The position numbers were made by a program, and so were the translations under genes. A DNA stretch of 64,000 nt, taken from the NCBI GenBank assembly GCA_002633005.1, contig NMRA01000767.1, forward strand, positions 62,001 through 126,000. The letters are read 5' to 3'. Origin of the DNA: Phoronis australis (taxonomy: Eukaryota; Animalia; Phoronida). Position 1 is the stretch's first letter. The number at the start of each line of letters is the position of its first letter. A model generated the notes under the pieces. It saw nothing but the letters and a program-made list of their open reading frames with translations. It searched no databases and was not told the origin of the DNA. Positions 1 through 14,961 of this stretch are shown one piece after another.

Positions 1-1723
1 TCATTTGGAAAAATTATCCAAATTTGAACGGGGAGAAGGGAAAATGAAAGAGCTTGACACTAACTGAAGCTACAGGACATGATAGTATTACACTAAAGCT
101 TTTAAAGCCCATTGCATCACAGCTGTCACTGTGGTTTTTAATCAGTGTATTGACTTATGTGTTTGTTCAGATAAAAGGGAGGTTAGGCAGATGGTGCCCC
201 AGTATTGTCGCTCCCCTGTTAGGCAGATGGTGCCCCAGTATTGTCGCTCTCAAAAATGTTTTGATTGGCTTTTGCTGTTGCAGTTCACCACCATTTAAGG
301 CACAATCTTCAGTCTTAGAATAGCAGCCAGTACTTGGTATTTGCCTCTGTTAAGAAGATTTCCTCTTTTTTGGTTTCGATTTCCTCTTTTTGTGTCTCTT
401 TTTATCATTATGTTGACCTTTTTGATGCAAAAATATATAATTTATTTCGGTTAAATTTTACAACTCAAAAATGTTTCTCTTACACAAACCTATTTATTTG
501 TGGACCGATACTTCACCTAGATTTTTTTGTTATTGATCATTCGAAGCCCTAATTCAGCATATTTTGTTAGATATAGCTGCCAGTAGGCACTCATGCCTGT
601 GTTTGAAGGCTGGAAATCAACACTGGAGACCGCTAGTGTCCTGATGGACTTTAAAGCAAGGCCTTTGAATATTTACCCCATCAGCTGACCATTGCCATAC
701 TTTTAGCATATGGTCTGTCTGACAATGTCTAANTAGACCACCTTCTGCTGCTTACCTAGGTATAGGTTTGATGCTACACAAGATTGGAAGCTGTACCACA
801 TTGATCTTTTTCACTTCAGTCTTGTCAGGTCTCCCTGTGTCATCAGTCATGTCCCTAACAATCATGCAGTTTTGGTATTCCCTTCAGTTCTGTGGGACGT
901 GGGTTACATAGGAACATGCAAAAATTGATGGAGATAATCGTAGGATTCAAGCAATTTTTGCTGGGAAATATTTGCATTTTTACTCAGTTTTGCTGCGATT
1001 CTCATCAACATCAACTTTGCCAGGATTCATTTGGAAACAATTATCCAAATTTGAACGGGGAGAAGGGAAAATGAAAGAGCTTGACACTAACTGAAGATAC
1101 AGTACATGATAGTATTGCACTAAAGCTTTTAAAGCCCATTGCATCACAGCTGTCACTGTGGTTTTTAATCAGTGTATTGACTTATGCCTTTGTTCAGATA
1201 AAAGGGAGGTTAGGCAGATGGTGCCCCAGTATTGTCGCTCTCAAAAATGTTTTGATTGGCTCTTGCTGTTGCAATTCACCACCATTTGAGGCACAATCTT
1301 CAGTCTTAGAATAGCAGTCAGTACTTGGTATTTGCCTCTGTTAAGAAGATTTCCTCTTTTTTGGTTTCGATTTCCTCTTTTTGTGTCTGTTTTTATCATT
1401 ATGTTGACCTTTTTGATGCAAAAATATATAATTTATTTCGGTTAAATTTTACAACTCAAAAATGTTTCTCTTACACAAACCTATTTATTTGTGGACCGAT
1501 ACTTCACCTAGATTTTTTTGTTATTGATCATTCGAAGCCCTAATTCAGCATATTTTGTTAGATATAGCTGCCAGTAGGCACTCATGCCTGTGTTTGAAGG
1601 CTGGAAATCAACACTGGAGACCGCTAGTGTCCTGATGGACTTTAAAGCAAGGCCTTTGAATATTTACCCCATCAGCTGACCATTGCCATACTTTTAGCAT
1701 ATGGTCTGTCTGACAATGTCTAA
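1..1723. repeat. Near-identical duplication (1-732 vs about 1027-1723), probably two haplotypes or overlapping contigs
   Basis: First copy ends exactly at a single N (733); copies differ by scattered SNPs and a 36-nt tandem indel. Confidence 0.75.
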
Positions 1724-1951
1724 ACACTCAACTGGTCCTATCTAACAAGTCATACAGCTACAAGTGTGAAGTTGGCAGAATACTTTAGTCAGTGGATCCA
1801 TCTCTAGAAATGGATACCTCAGGGATCATGGTTGGGGGTCTGCCCTTTTTAATGTTTTACCTACCTTGAAAGCAATGTCGCAACTTTATCTGGATGACAA
1901 TTATATCTCCCTTGAGCTCTGTGTCTGCCAACATGTGTAACTGAGGTGACA

Positions 1952-2010
1952 ATGTGGCTGTGGTTTGAGCTTCGCATTCCCGTTTGGGAGACCCAGGTTC
2001 AAATCCTGGC
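1952..2010 (+). mobile_element. Degenerate tRNA-derived SINE head
   Basis: A-box-like TGGCTGTGGT and B-box GGTTCAAATCC; no complete cloverleaf. Confidence 0.45.
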
Positions 2011-5000
2011 TTTACTGGCAGACAATCGAGCAATAAAGAGAAGTGTCTCCTGTTTTGAGCTCGATCTTACCACTGAAAGTATGCAGGGTCATGAAGGGAT
2101 TTATGAGGATTTGCTCGTTTGAACGTTAGTTTTGACGTCGTTCAAACTTTAACGACACTAGTCACTTGGCACTCCCAAATATTGCACACCATCTGAAAGA
2201 ACTTGATAGCAATTCGTTATTAACATTTGTCCTCTGTGGTGCGAAATAGTCATCTATTGACAAGTTGGTGTAAAAGGTGCTTTTCAAAACCGTGTGTCTT
2301 GCGCGCTAGGATGCGTTAAATGTTGGCCTAATGTTTTGAATGTTACTGACAAATTCCCCATTTGCCATTAACAGTGTGTCCACTCGGCTAATTTAGGGCT
2401 AATGCTAATGATGTTCCAAGCCAGTGAGTTGCATCTCTGATGAAGATTGCAAACTTTCCTGTGAGTCAGCTACATGTAGACAAGTGCTGACAGTGCACTG
2501 GAGAGGGGAGACATGACTGGTATATTAATGTTGAATTCCCGGGGGGTACTCCCTTAGAAGAGGTACATCAATGATGTTTAATTGAACACCAGTGCTATAT
2601 TACTGTTGGAGTCTAGGGGGTTACTCCTATAGAAGTATATGGGATGTATCATTTAAAAGGATGACTTTCACAACCAGTATCCCTACCAATAATGCCTTTT
2701 GTGACGAAACTGTTTACTAAAGAATACTTTTTCCAAGAAAACTCCTAACAAAAGGGTTCACTTTAAGAGTTCTCAACTCTTCAATAGGTTCCCTTTTGAA
2801 CAACACAGTCTATTTATTGAATATGTGCAATCACATTTGACATCTCTTTTTATGCCATTCAACAATCCAAGAATCCATACAAAAGATTAGGTTTATGGAA
2901 TTACCTCCAAAACATGGGTGGGTTTCCTGGAACAATACCTAACCAAACGTCAACTTTCCTGGAAGTTGCCTACAGATGGGTCTACCTGATGGCCCGTTCA
3001 CAAACTGGTTAAATAGTAGTGTTTTTGATAGCATAGTAATTTGAATGGTTATAAGTGTTACTTTTGTTGGCAGTTTGAATTCAAGAATGTCATAATTCAA
3101 GGGATATACGGTACATGCGCATTGATAAGAGACCTTTGTTTATCATCGCATCGCTGAATTTTTGTCATATGATATTTTGTCATCAATTCTCGCTTAAAAG
3201 TGACGAATGGTGAGGAAACAAACTGTTAGCCGTAGACCAATACGGTAATTTTCCAACTGCGCCTCTCCCTCCCCCTCCTCAAAATTATAATTGAGGTACC
3301 TAGAGCCTGGTTAGAGGTAACCTCTTCCTGACCCACGATGAATCACCATGCTGTAGTACCTGTCTGCATTCCACATGTCTATTTCATGAAGTGGGAAATG
3401 GTTGTTCAGCGGAACATGCAATTTTGTCTGCTCACAAGGCCTTGTGTCACTTATATTCTGAGGTAGTGTTAGTCGGAGGCTTGTTAGGTTCTTATCCCAA
3501 TGTCCTCAGTGTGGTTGTACTTTCGATTATTCCGATTATGACCTTTGCCTTATATAATAGGGCCGTCCTGTATTATGCAGAGACACTCGAATCTCGCTGT
3601 ATTTACCAACAATGTCGCAATATTCATCAACCACTTTTGTAGCCTCGTGTTTCGTGCCATTGGAGTTCCACATGTTCTTCGTTGTTTACAATGTTTTACA
3701 AGTCACTCCATGTAGTCCTTAACAGTAACACTCACATAATCATCTGAAGTAGAATATGGGTGTGTTATCTCCCCTTGATATTTGCCTATGCTACCGTATC
3801 AAGTTGTGTTCTTTGCTTCTCTCTTACATTCTATGTAATGTTGTACCCTCCCTCATGTTCATTTTGTATCGAGTAAATGTTACTGAGCAAAGGTGGACAT
3901 GACAGAGTTGCTTTGATTCCTAGTCAAGGTCCGCGTGTTCAGTGGAGAGTGGGGAGTGAGTGGAACAAAAAGTGTGTTATTTGGCAGACAAGGAGCTCTC
4001 TAGTGTTCTGAAACCACTAAAGCTACACAAATATATGTTATCATTTAAAAAGTCTTCAAGCTGCATTTCGCCCCGTTTTGTAGCAGACTAAAAATAAAAA
4101 TTGTTATTAGGCCTTTTACATTCTTAAAATCGGTATCCTTAAATATTCCTTACAATGACGGCATTCTATTTTGTTACTATCTCAAGCCACTGGCAATTCG
4201 TACATGTGCCATTTCCAAATTTGCAGTTTTAGATTTGTCTTGCCCAATTAAGTCTGAAGCATGCTCTTGAGTCACTAATGGTTTCTATGTTCTTGTTGGT
4301 TACCAAAGTGTGTCAATTTGTTGTTTTGAGTCACTTTTTTATCCATGAAACCATGTACCGTATACGATGTGATGAAATTTAGGTGGCATAGAATACGAAA
4401 GAGAGAGAGCACATGTCAATGTATAGACAAATGTGTATAGTGCTGCACCCTTGTGGAAATTTCAGTGGTTGACATTCAGCTCTCTCTCTGCCAAACCACT
4501 TGATTTATTTTCATGAAATTTTGTGTTCATTTCTCCGTCGTAGATGAGACGACTCCCTGTAATTTTGGGACATATTGTCTGTAGTGCTAAGTGTTGTCCA
4601 TCTTGCTATCTAACAAACCGATTGATGTTTGTGCAATTCAACTCTTTGCGCCCTCTAGAGGCTCTTTTAAATTTACTAGCATAGCCCCCTCTAGCGAATG
4701 TTTAAAATAATGATCGTCTTTGTATCTAAGCTGACTGTGGTCCTCGTGGTTGGTGTTTTTGTACTTTATATACCTACCCATGAAATGTGAATTGACCACT
4801 CGTGATTCAAGAAAGTTGTCGACCAGTATTTGGTTTCTTGATTTATGCATTTAAACCAGTACCGTTTAACCTTGTGTGCAAGGTGTGGATTGTTAGCTTT
4901 TAAATGTTCCCACAAAATGGGTTATTTTGCCTTTTAGGACATGCAACACGGGCTGAATAGTTTTCTTTTGTTTTACTATTTATTGAATGTTTTCTTGTAC

Positions 5001-6484
5001 TGTTGTCTGGCAACCATTATTTTATGGACTGTTAAGTCAAATATAAGGCTGATACTACCGTATTTTAAAATTTCCCTTAAAATGATAAGTTTCACCTGTA
5101 AGGTCTTGACCACAATAATATGAGCATTTACGGAATGAGAAGGTGGTCTTTGCAGTTTTATGTTGGTGTAGAAGTGTGGCTAAATTACTAATTAGTCTGA
5201 TTCTGATCTTGGCATTGTTTGGTTACCTGGCGTTCACTCATATCCCAAGGCTACTAGTCAGCTTGGCTTTGACTAGTTGTTAATTGTGTGCAGGTGTGCT
5301 GGCTGTGAGAAACATGCAAGTTACAGTATGAGTGTCTGTAGATGTTTAACAATCTAAGTATGGCTTGTCTGGTTCCTGCTCGTACCTGGCCTACAGTCTA
5401 GGTTGTTTCTCTCAGCTTTGCAATGAGTACTGAGTTTGATCTCCATGAAATATTAGGTCAAGTTTAACTCTGATTTAAATGCATTTTGGACACAAAATGA
5501 ACTTACCAGGTGTACATATGAGCTGTTTTCCTATGTATTTCAGAAAAAAAATAAAATTAAAATTAAATTAATTCCATAAACATCCTTGTCCCCAAAGATT
5601 CCTGCTGACAGCTTGAATACTTATTTTTGTCACTCCTATTGGCAGGCACTGAAACTATGCTTCTTTTAATTGAGTCAACAAACTGTGGTAACTCCTGAGT
5701 GAAAATTGTTTACCGATACTAGTTTAGGAAACTTTGATGAAATGTAATTTGTGTCTCAATGCAAAAATGTTTTGGATTAAAGATTAGCGGAAAAAATAAT
5801 GGTATTACTTTGGCTAAATTTTACACAGTAAGGTCACTTAGTGGTCACTTGCTGTAGGTGGTTGTTTATCCATTTATTTATTGAAAGTGAGGGGGGGGGC
5901 CTCTTCAGTGACAGCACTTCTTTCCAACAGGACCCAAGAAGATTCTAATGCTAACCTGCTTTATATTCTGTTGTTTGGTCTCTTTTCAACTTTGGAATAG
6001 AAATTGAATATTCTACCAGGTCATCAATGGAGTCTGAAAGTAAAGTAATTGCTGTCATATCGGGATGTCTTTAACCAAGGAGAATTGAAAGTATCCCTGG
6101 GGGACTGTGCAGTGCAAGGAATAGTGGAGAAAGGACAGGCATAGTGCTCTTTGTAGTTGTTAGTGATATGTTCCAACTACAAGTCATACTTGTTACATCA
6201 AGTCTAGTTTGAGAGCCATGCTTGGTTCAACAACCATTTTCTTTAATACAGGTGAATCTGTCTTGCTGTTTTCTGTGCCTCAACTTGAAAGGACTTGTTA
6301 ATCTATGTCTAGACTGTCTATGTTAGAAATAAGGACATGCCAATCATGGGAAGGGACTGTCAGTTTAACTTAAGAAGTCATCTATGTTGTAGCCAGTCAT
6401 GTTTAATAAGATGGTCACACACCTCATAAGGTGATTACAGCTTACTGCTACCCAGGGATATTACCAGAATCCTGTTCAGTAGAC

Positions 6485-6650
6485 TGTGTGTCCGCCTTAA
6501 GTGAGAGCATGACTGTGTTGGCCTAAAATGAGACCTAATGTGTTGGCCTTAATTGAGATTGTCTGTTGGCCTTAAGTGAGAGTGTGTGTTGGCCTAAAGT
6601 GAGATTGTGTGTTGGCCAAAAGTGTGAGTGTGTGTTGGCCTTAAGTGAAA
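6485..6650. repeat. Minisatellite, about 21-22 bp unit (GTGTTGGCCTTAAGTGAGA..)
   Basis: About 7 degenerate copies. Confidence 0.85.
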
Positions 6651-8165
6651 GATCAGCATAAAACCATAGCAAGACACCCATACATTTGTGTGCACAGTTA
6701 GGTATAATTAGTACACAAACTTGCACTTTAAAATTTCAAGTTTACCAACTTAAGCATTTCAGCACTTAGATCATTTTCAACTGCACTAACAAAAAGTTGA
6801 GCGCACTGACAATTTGGTAAGCTCAAATTTTTAAACTGTCTGCTCATATTTTTGTACTACAAACTTGCAAGTGCACTTGCAAGTTTGTGTATTCATGCAA
6901 CTGATCCTATCAGCAAATATTTGGGTTGTTTAAATGATTGCTTCAATTCCAAAATGGTGTCCAGGAAGACACTTATTCAAATCAGTGTACATATTGCCAT
7001 TTTGACTTGAGGCAAGTTGTTGAAATAAAAATTATGAATCTTTGATAATCTAAGAAATATCATCATATGTTTGGCTGTTTTGGAAGTATCATAAAACAAA
7101 GAATGTCCTCTGTAATCAATATAGAATCAATATATAGTAATCTAACATCATTTAATTATGTATTTCTATATCAAATTTACAAGAATTACCATCTACAATG
7201 TTGTGGTATATATCTCCGTGTTCTTCCCATGTGTACTGCTACAAATCATTGTTGCTGCTGACATTGTATTTAGCCACGCCAGACGTCCAAACAAACTAGC
7301 GATGGTGAGCAATCACGAAGTGCTCACAAGCACTCGCTATCTTATATCTGTTCAAGAAGCGAGTGTCATGAGCGCTCTCTATATTGACCGGCCTCTACCC
7401 ACTTCACCAGCCAAAATCCAATGAAATTCAATCAGTTTGACCATAGTAAAACTGAAGCCCTAGCCTAAACATGAACACCAAGTAGGATGTCATTGATCAG
7501 TTGCTGCTGAGTAATAACAGCCCTGATTAATGGTAGAAATCATAGACTTCCTGTCTCTCAACATAACTGTTGGCAATTGACTTAATTCCCGCATGGAAAC
7601 CTTCAGTTGAGATTTATGTATCAGTTGCATTTTGGTAGACCTATTTGCAACATATCAGTGCATTCTAAACAGCCTTGCTACGATTACTAGATTTACATGA
7701 GTGGTGTTGTAGTGGTTTAACTGGGTGTGTACCTCACATGGCACAAGAACTGGTGATTGCGGAGGCTTTACAGTCTACACTCAATTACTGCTGAGAAATA
7801 CCAGTAAAATATCGAGAGCAAAAGTACCGGTTTTCTCAACACTCCTTGGCAAATTTACTGATGTGTAGTATGTTGAAATACTTGCGCGTTGTCTTTATAT
7901 TCAGCTTTTTGAGAACACTGTCTTCACTGGCACATGGACAAAATGAACCACAGTGTTAGGTTATGCATTTGTTGTCTTCAAGTATACTAGTTTGAACTGT
8001 TAAGTTGATGGGAAGAGCAGTTTCAATTGGCTTCAGTAACGCGAACACTCAGAGCAATGAGCTATACCAGGAGTATATCTCATTGCTCAGGGTTAGGTTT
8101 TGGAAAGTATTGATTAAAATACTGTTTAAAGTGCAGTAGCAATGAGGGAGCATTGCTTTGTGTTT

Positions 8166-8296
8166 ATGCTTGAGTAGTGCTGTGCTGTGTGAATGATTAC
8201 CTAAGTGTTGTACCAGTGGCACATAGCACATACATGCTTGAGTAGTGCTGTGCTGTGTGAATGATTACCTAAGTGTTGTACCAGTGACACATAGCC
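8166..8296. repeat. Direct tandem duplication, about 68 bp
   Basis: ATGCTTGAGTAGTGCTG...CACATAGC occurs twice. Confidence 0.9.
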
Positions 8297-11207
8297 TGTA
8301 CAGGACTACACCTCTGATTCTCAGCTCTGTGTTGATTGGAGTCTCACACCACATTTGTCTGACTGTTCACACTAACCATAATGAGCTATCTTAATGACCT
8401 GTTTGTTTATATACAATTGTCCTCAGTTTACAGGCTTATTTCAACATCAGACAGCTGGACTTCTGTCAGGGAAACTGATTGTGTTTAGAGTGTTGGTTAA
8501 CATTCCAAGTCCTTTGATGTTCCTTAAAGTACATCCATGGTTACATAATACCCACACAATGCAGTCAATCACCTGGTTCTTGAATTTTAAAGCAGGTTGT
8601 GTTTAGGCCCTGTCAAGCACCAGACCAATGAATTCCAAACTTGGGCATCAGATCTTAAAACCACTTTTTTGATTGAGCAAACAGCTGAATTATATATTTT
8701 AGAAAATATTTGAATTCTCCCCCCGTAAAAATATGACATTGTACGCCAACTCCATTTACTTCAGTTGGGTGTAAATGGCTTGTATCTGGCTTGTGGCATG
8801 ACTCTAATATTGACATGAACTACTCTAGTCAAGTGCAAGCCAGCTTTGAATGGTCGTGTGCTATTTTTACTTATGTACTTTGGGTTATCCGGAACTCTTA
8901 ACCTAATCCCTCATGCAAGTATATGCCTTTGATGGAATGAGAGGCTGATGGCAAAATATGGTCTTTATTGTGTAGTAGTTGTTAATTGATTTAAGAATTA
9001 CTATCAAATGACATGAGGAAGTGATGCCGTTGGCATTGGCGTCATAACACTTGGACGGATGTGAACTATGAAGTCTGCCTACATTTGTGTCGTGTGTGTT
9101 CTAATACCTGTTTTCAAACTTGATTTAACCGTAGTATTGCCCCTAGCAGAACTGTGAGCAGTAGCATGTATTGGCAGCTTAACTTATTGTTCTGTCCTGG
9201 ACAGTGAGCTTTTTGAATAAACGTTGAATTAAAGGCCAAACATTAAAGAAACTTCTTGATTTTCACCATTGAACATTGCTACATTTCGTTTCCTTAGTTA
9301 ATACACGGACGATTCGTTCGCGGTCGCTAACCCGACCCAGTTTTTATACTCTTGCGGCGTGGTGTGAGCCAATCGGATGAGATTAGACTACTGTGGGAAT
9401 AAAAGTGAACTGAGTGGAGCTGTCTCAAACATGCAAATATGAACTCAAGAGAGTTGTTTGAGGCTTGACACTTGACAGATTTTCCTTTCAAGGAGTAAAA
9501 GCCGTAGACAATGCTGGGAAGAACGACTTTGTGATTTGTTTTAAATCAAAATACGTCACATGTTATAGCTCGCCAGCTCGCTAAATGTCGCGCGAGTGTA
9601 AAAATTCGTTGAGAGACTGCACTGATTTGACTGTAGCCAGAGAGACAAATCTAGCCACTATGGTGGGTGGGTAATGTAAATGACCCTCCGAGTCGAGAAC
9701 TTGTGACTAGAGGCTGTGCCACCACTGTCACTCTGACCACAGGCCTCATGGGTGCTGACTTTTTGACGGGAATCACCGTCAACTGACACAGTGTCAGAGT
9801 CTGACTACATTCCTACAATGTCATGTGGGTTTGAGCCCTGATCATACAGGGCCATTGGAGGGGAGTCACAGCAAGCAGATACACTGCTGTGTGCAGATAG
9901 ACCACTGTCTACGTATACACCGCCGGATAAACTGTTGTCAGCGTCAAAAACACTTGTGTTCGCTTCGCAGCTGTCTTAGTTTCAGTAAACTTACTCCACT
10001 AAGGTGGGTGGAGGCATTTTACAATTTCGATTCGGGATAATATGTATACGCCAAGTAGTCCAAGTAAAGAAGAATGCGTGTTCAATTTCCGTCTTTCAAT
10101 CACTAGTGCGCAAGCATTCTGGCGCAGAATGCCACTATTGTAATTTCCTCGTTCTTGCTCATGAAATCAAAATTTCATGTCAGGCTTTACAAGCATGAAC
10201 ATATTAACAACTTGTTCATAAGGCCCTTCATGACCCCAGACTGAGAGGGATTTCCCAGTAATCAATTGATCTTAAACATGCCACAGTATCATGGTTCACT
10301 GCCCTGTTAGAGATGGTATCACTGCTTTCATTGGACACCTGGATATGCCTTATTCTGCTGGTGATGATCCTCTGATGGCAAACCCTCATCAACCATGACT
10401 GTATACCAGGCCACTAAATTGTACCGGGGGTTGGACGTCAACTATGATCGGTCTTACTCGTGTGGAATTTGAAGTTTGTTCTAAGCATGCTATGTGCTAT
10501 GCACTGGGCAATTTTTTAGTTGAGTCTCGGGTCATTTTTTGTCATCTTTGATAGAGGGTTCTGGCTCTGGTGTGGGTAAATTTATACATCTGTGGAGCTA
10601 AGGAAGTTTTTTTAAGTGAAAGTCACATTACTTCTATTTTCTTGTTTTTGGGGTATTGAATTCACTGTTGTTGTATGCAGTAGTGGAAGACTAGGTGGTG
10701 CTCACAGTATAGTCACTAGTAAAAGCAATGTAAATGGTCGCTTTAAGCACTGTATGGACCCTAGAAGTACATGTTCCTGCTAGCTTGATTGATGTGGGGA
10801 TGTGGCCAAGTGAACAGTTCCAGTTTGTATGAGCAGTGTTGCCTGAGGCACTGGGGATTTGAAATATTGAGAGTGTGCTGTGTTGCACTGTTTTGTCTGA
10901 GGTCAACTGAAGCATTGATTTATCATTAAGCATTTAATTATCTGCTGTGGTCAGCAAGTCTACTGGAGCTAAGCTTGATGGAGGACTCTGGCTATTAAAT
11001 AAAACCGCTTTATCACAAGCTTATTTAGGAGAGGTTTTAGCAATACAAGGGTGCCTGGTTTTTCACATACTTTGTGACGCGCAATGGACAGGTATTTTTA
11101 CACCACTGATGGTCCATCGTCCACTTGGAATACTGAAATTTGACAAAAATTTGTAAAATCGTCATTTTTATGATTAATAGGAAGCCTTCTTTATGAAACC
11201 AATAAAT

Positions 11208-11445
11208 GGCCACAGATTGGCATGAATTATTGGACCATTATATGGCCACATATTCTCATGAGTTATAAACACCATTACACGACCACAGATTCTCATGAGT
11301 TATAAACACCATTACACGACCACAGATTCTCATGAGTTATAAACACCATTACACGACCACAGATTCTCATGAGTTATAAACACCATTACATGACCACAGA
11401 TTCTTGTGAGTTATAAACACCATTACACGACCACAGATTCTCATA
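11208..11445. repeat. 37-bp minisatellite (CCACAGATTCTCATGAGTTATAAACACCATTACACGA)
   Basis: About 6 copies. Confidence 0.92.
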
Positions 11446-14400
11446 ACTTTATAAAAAATTTCACATGTTCCTCCTTCTCTTGGAAAATGATTAAATTTTG
11501 AATTTTCGATTTTTCTGTGTTAAGAATCAACAAGTAGTGAATGGTTTGACGGGGCAGGGGGATTGAATTGTGTGACACATTGGCAAGGGTGTTGTGTGTC
11601 TAGTAAATAATATACGAGGTGTTTGTTCATGATTGAGCATTTTTGGCAAATATTATGGGTAGTGTGTAAATGTACCTTTTTGAATGGGTCTCTATGTATA
11701 TACTGGTAAATATTTATGGTTGACATGTTTGACAGTTTCTCTGACTTGAGGTACTGTTTACTGTTAATTCAGGACCCTGCCTTCACTAACTGGTTGAAAT
11801 GCTCCTCAGCACTTGAGCTCACATTGTGAAACTGTTAATGTTTTTGCTACTCAGGTGAACTGGTAAAAATGTCTAGTTTGGGACAACAAAAATATTTATT
11901 TTGCACAAGATCGGAGCTTGTGCCAAGTTTTAGAACTAGGCAGTATTGGCCATGCCAAATTTAATAATTGAAATCATTTACCTGGTAACACAGTATGGGA
12001 TAGGCATAAAAACACATGGCTTTGACTGCTATTTTTGATGATCTTATGGACTACCAAATCTTCTCAGACTTGGACAAAACACTGTGTCCGATATTTGAGA
12101 TACATGACCACTGCTGAAATCACTCATGTCCCATTCTCCAGACTAAAAATAATTTTTTTTTCTTGAATTTGGATGTCCCACATTTTAGGAACTCCTAAAC
12201 TGGATAATTTTCACTGTAGTATTAAATGTGACTATGACTTAAATCTACTTGTCACTGAACTGAACTGCCATCTTGGAGTCTAACATGGAATTAGATCTCT
12301 CATCTTACAACTTCGCAAGCTTCTCCACTCACACTAGTTTTGTTTTCGCACCAATTTTAAAGCCAGGTTATAAGTTGTTATTGCTACCTTTCACACCAAG
12401 AGGTTTTACAATTCAAACCCAAGTTCACAAATTGTTATAACATCTATAGTGCCATTTACACTACAAAAGTTGACACGGATCAGCTTGTACGGAGCAAGAT
12501 GTTCCAGCGCAAGTATGTGTGTAAATGGGAATGATGCTGAGCAAATTGACATCGTGAAGTACAGCAATTTGTGCTCGATCATCTTGCTCTGTCCGGTATA
12601 TGTATGAATGCGAAATTGGGGTAAGGCCGAAAGATCATATCTATTGCGCTTGTGCTATGACCTACATACGGGTTCTCTGTCTCTGCAACTCGCGCTATTT
12701 GAAAACCTGCACATGTGCGTTCCACTCTCCAGTGTACAATTTCCATCTTGCCACAGTTAGGTGTGTGTGTAAACGGACACTTGACACTGATCAATTTGCT
12801 CGGTGTCAGTTGCACCGGGCTAAAAGTTGATGACTAAACGGGACTTATTAAGTATAATGACCATTTTCACTGGGTTATAACTGTTCACACTGGATTATAG
12901 CCTTTGAAACTGCTTCCTAAAGCTTTCTCACCAGATGTAACTGCAGCAACTTTTGCAACTGATTTTAGCTGTTCTCATTGAAAGTTACAACAGGTTTGAT
13001 GAGAACATTACGTACGAGGCAATGACAAGTAAATATTCTCTTTTATATTATTATCATTTGACATTTTAACTGAATATTAAATTTTCCTATTTTTCTTTTC
13101 ACTTTTTACTCCACTTTTCATGACTTGTTCAAACCAGTCACAAATCATCCAGTTGCCCTAACACATTGGTGAGACACAGTTTATCTATGCTTGTTCATCT
13201 CTGATGTGATCAGATAAATGTCAGTCTGGAGATAAACTTGGGTTGTTACCCTGTTATTATTGCTCTGTGGTATTATTGCTGGTGTGGAGGATATCATCTT
13301 TAGGTCACCAGTTGTTGATGGAAGAGTGTTTGTTTATCATAGTCAATTCAAGAACATGCTTTGTGAATGAATACAATGATTAAATAATCAATGTGAGTGA
13401 AAAAAGGCTCCTCATTTCATTCTGTGAGCTCTGGCTTGGAAACTGTTTGCTTCTCCACTGTTGGTTGGTTTTGGTAGACCTGTTTTAATTCATTATTCAC
13501 TGTTGATGATGAGATAAAATCTGGATAGAATGAGTTAGTGAACACAGGCTGACTAATGTGCTTGGTTAGGGTTCAAATAACATGTAAAATAGACCCAAGT
13601 AAATGAGCCTAAAATGAACTGATTGAAAAGATAATAAATAAAATAAATTAGTATAAAATTAGTTAATATGTACAATTTGATGAATAAATAACATAAAATA
13701 GAGTAAAATAGTGATTAGCTGAGGCCTACAGTAACGAACCACGCACAAAGTTCCTGACTGCTGAATGCCCATCTTTGTATTTTTCTTTTTTTGTGAATAT
13801 CCATGTTCTGTCATAGTACTCAATGGCATAGTGCCTACACTGAAAAAAATATGTTCAACTGGTTTACTTTTTGATTTGCAAAATTAAGTGTAGTGAACAG
13901 TATGTGAAGCTGATCTGTAAATAATAGATTTAGTACAAATACATTGACTAATTTACCATTATTTTGTCTTAAAGATGCAAATTATTTAGATCATGCTGGT
14001 ACAGTAAGAGAAAAATTTTTTTGTTCAAGTTGCATTCTCTATGATTAATGTCCTAAATGTGTATTGCGTACATGTTACAAGGCCCTTGATTCTGGGGGCC
14101 CCGAATACCATCCTCATTGCCTCCCTTAAACATTTAAAAATCCTGCAATATTTCCTTCACCTGGCTTAAAAGTTCCCCTCGTACGACAAAAATGGAGAAC
14201 TGGATCCGGATTAGTTTATTGCTAGAGTAGGGGTGTTCACATGGTATTTAGGAGAGAAAGTCATCCATGGGATTTCCCAGTTCATTACTTAACACCCCTA
14301 CTAAGAAAAATACCCGTTCTACATTCTGGAGATGCAAGAGACTGGTGAGAATAGCCTATGTGTTCACATGCTTTGCTTGTAATGCATGGCAATGTCTCAG

Positions 14401-14549
14401 CATAGATTTTTATGATTTCACATTTTTGAACAATTCTCGTGTCTTTGGAATTCAATCATGAAGGGTTGGCAATTAGGGACAATGGAACTGGTGTTGTCTG
14501 GAGGGGTTTCCCTCATGCTGGGGTTTCCCTCATACTATCAGATTTCATA

Positions 14550-14961
14550 AGTGCCGTCCACACACAGATTTACATCGGAACAAGTTACTCCTGGAACGAG
14601 TTGTCGCTAGGTTTCAGTGCTGTGTAGACGCTATTTAAATTGATTGAACTTACCCCACATAAATGCGACAAAGTTACTCCACCTAATCAAGGTGTTGTAA
14701 TTTGTTCTAAGGTAACTCACACTACTTCTAATCACTGTGTGGCCACAAACCTGGGAAGGCAGAAGTAATTATCAGCTGCAGTTATATACAGACTGGTCTT
14801 CTCTTGGATGCCGCGTTCACATTAAGTTTCATTGTCACACACAAAGCGACAACTTCCACCTTACCTTAGTTATCGAATATGTACGTGTGAACACTCCACT
14901 AAGGTGGGGTAAGTTGCACTAGTGCAAGTTGTTCTATGGTAAGCTGTATGTGGACGGGACT
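14550..14961. mobile_element. MITE-like element
   Basis: Terminal inverted repeats AGTGCCGTCCACACACAG / CTGTATGTGGACGGGACT (16 of 18 match). Confidence 0.6.

Noticed and set aside
1-1723. Twin ORFs (54-323/1081-1314 and 334-552/1325-1543) suggesting a duplicated gene pair
   Set aside because: No recognisable protein features; the duplication ends at a single N, typical of haplotype or contig overlap.
1952-2010. tRNA genes here and at 41811-41870
   Set aside because: Only A/B boxes are recognisable and I could not fold a full cloverleaf; better explained as SINE heads.
4133-4140. GTATCCTT as the missing U12 donor (also ATATCCTTT at 50954 and GTATCCTTTT at 52497)
   Set aside because: None is preceded by Cav1 coding sequence; a few chance matches are expected in 64 kb of AT-rich DNA.
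11208-11445. 37-bp repeats (and the 40-, 48- and 82-bp arrays) as CRISPR arrays
   Set aside because: Head-to-tail units with no unique spacers, no cas genes and a eukaryotic intron context.
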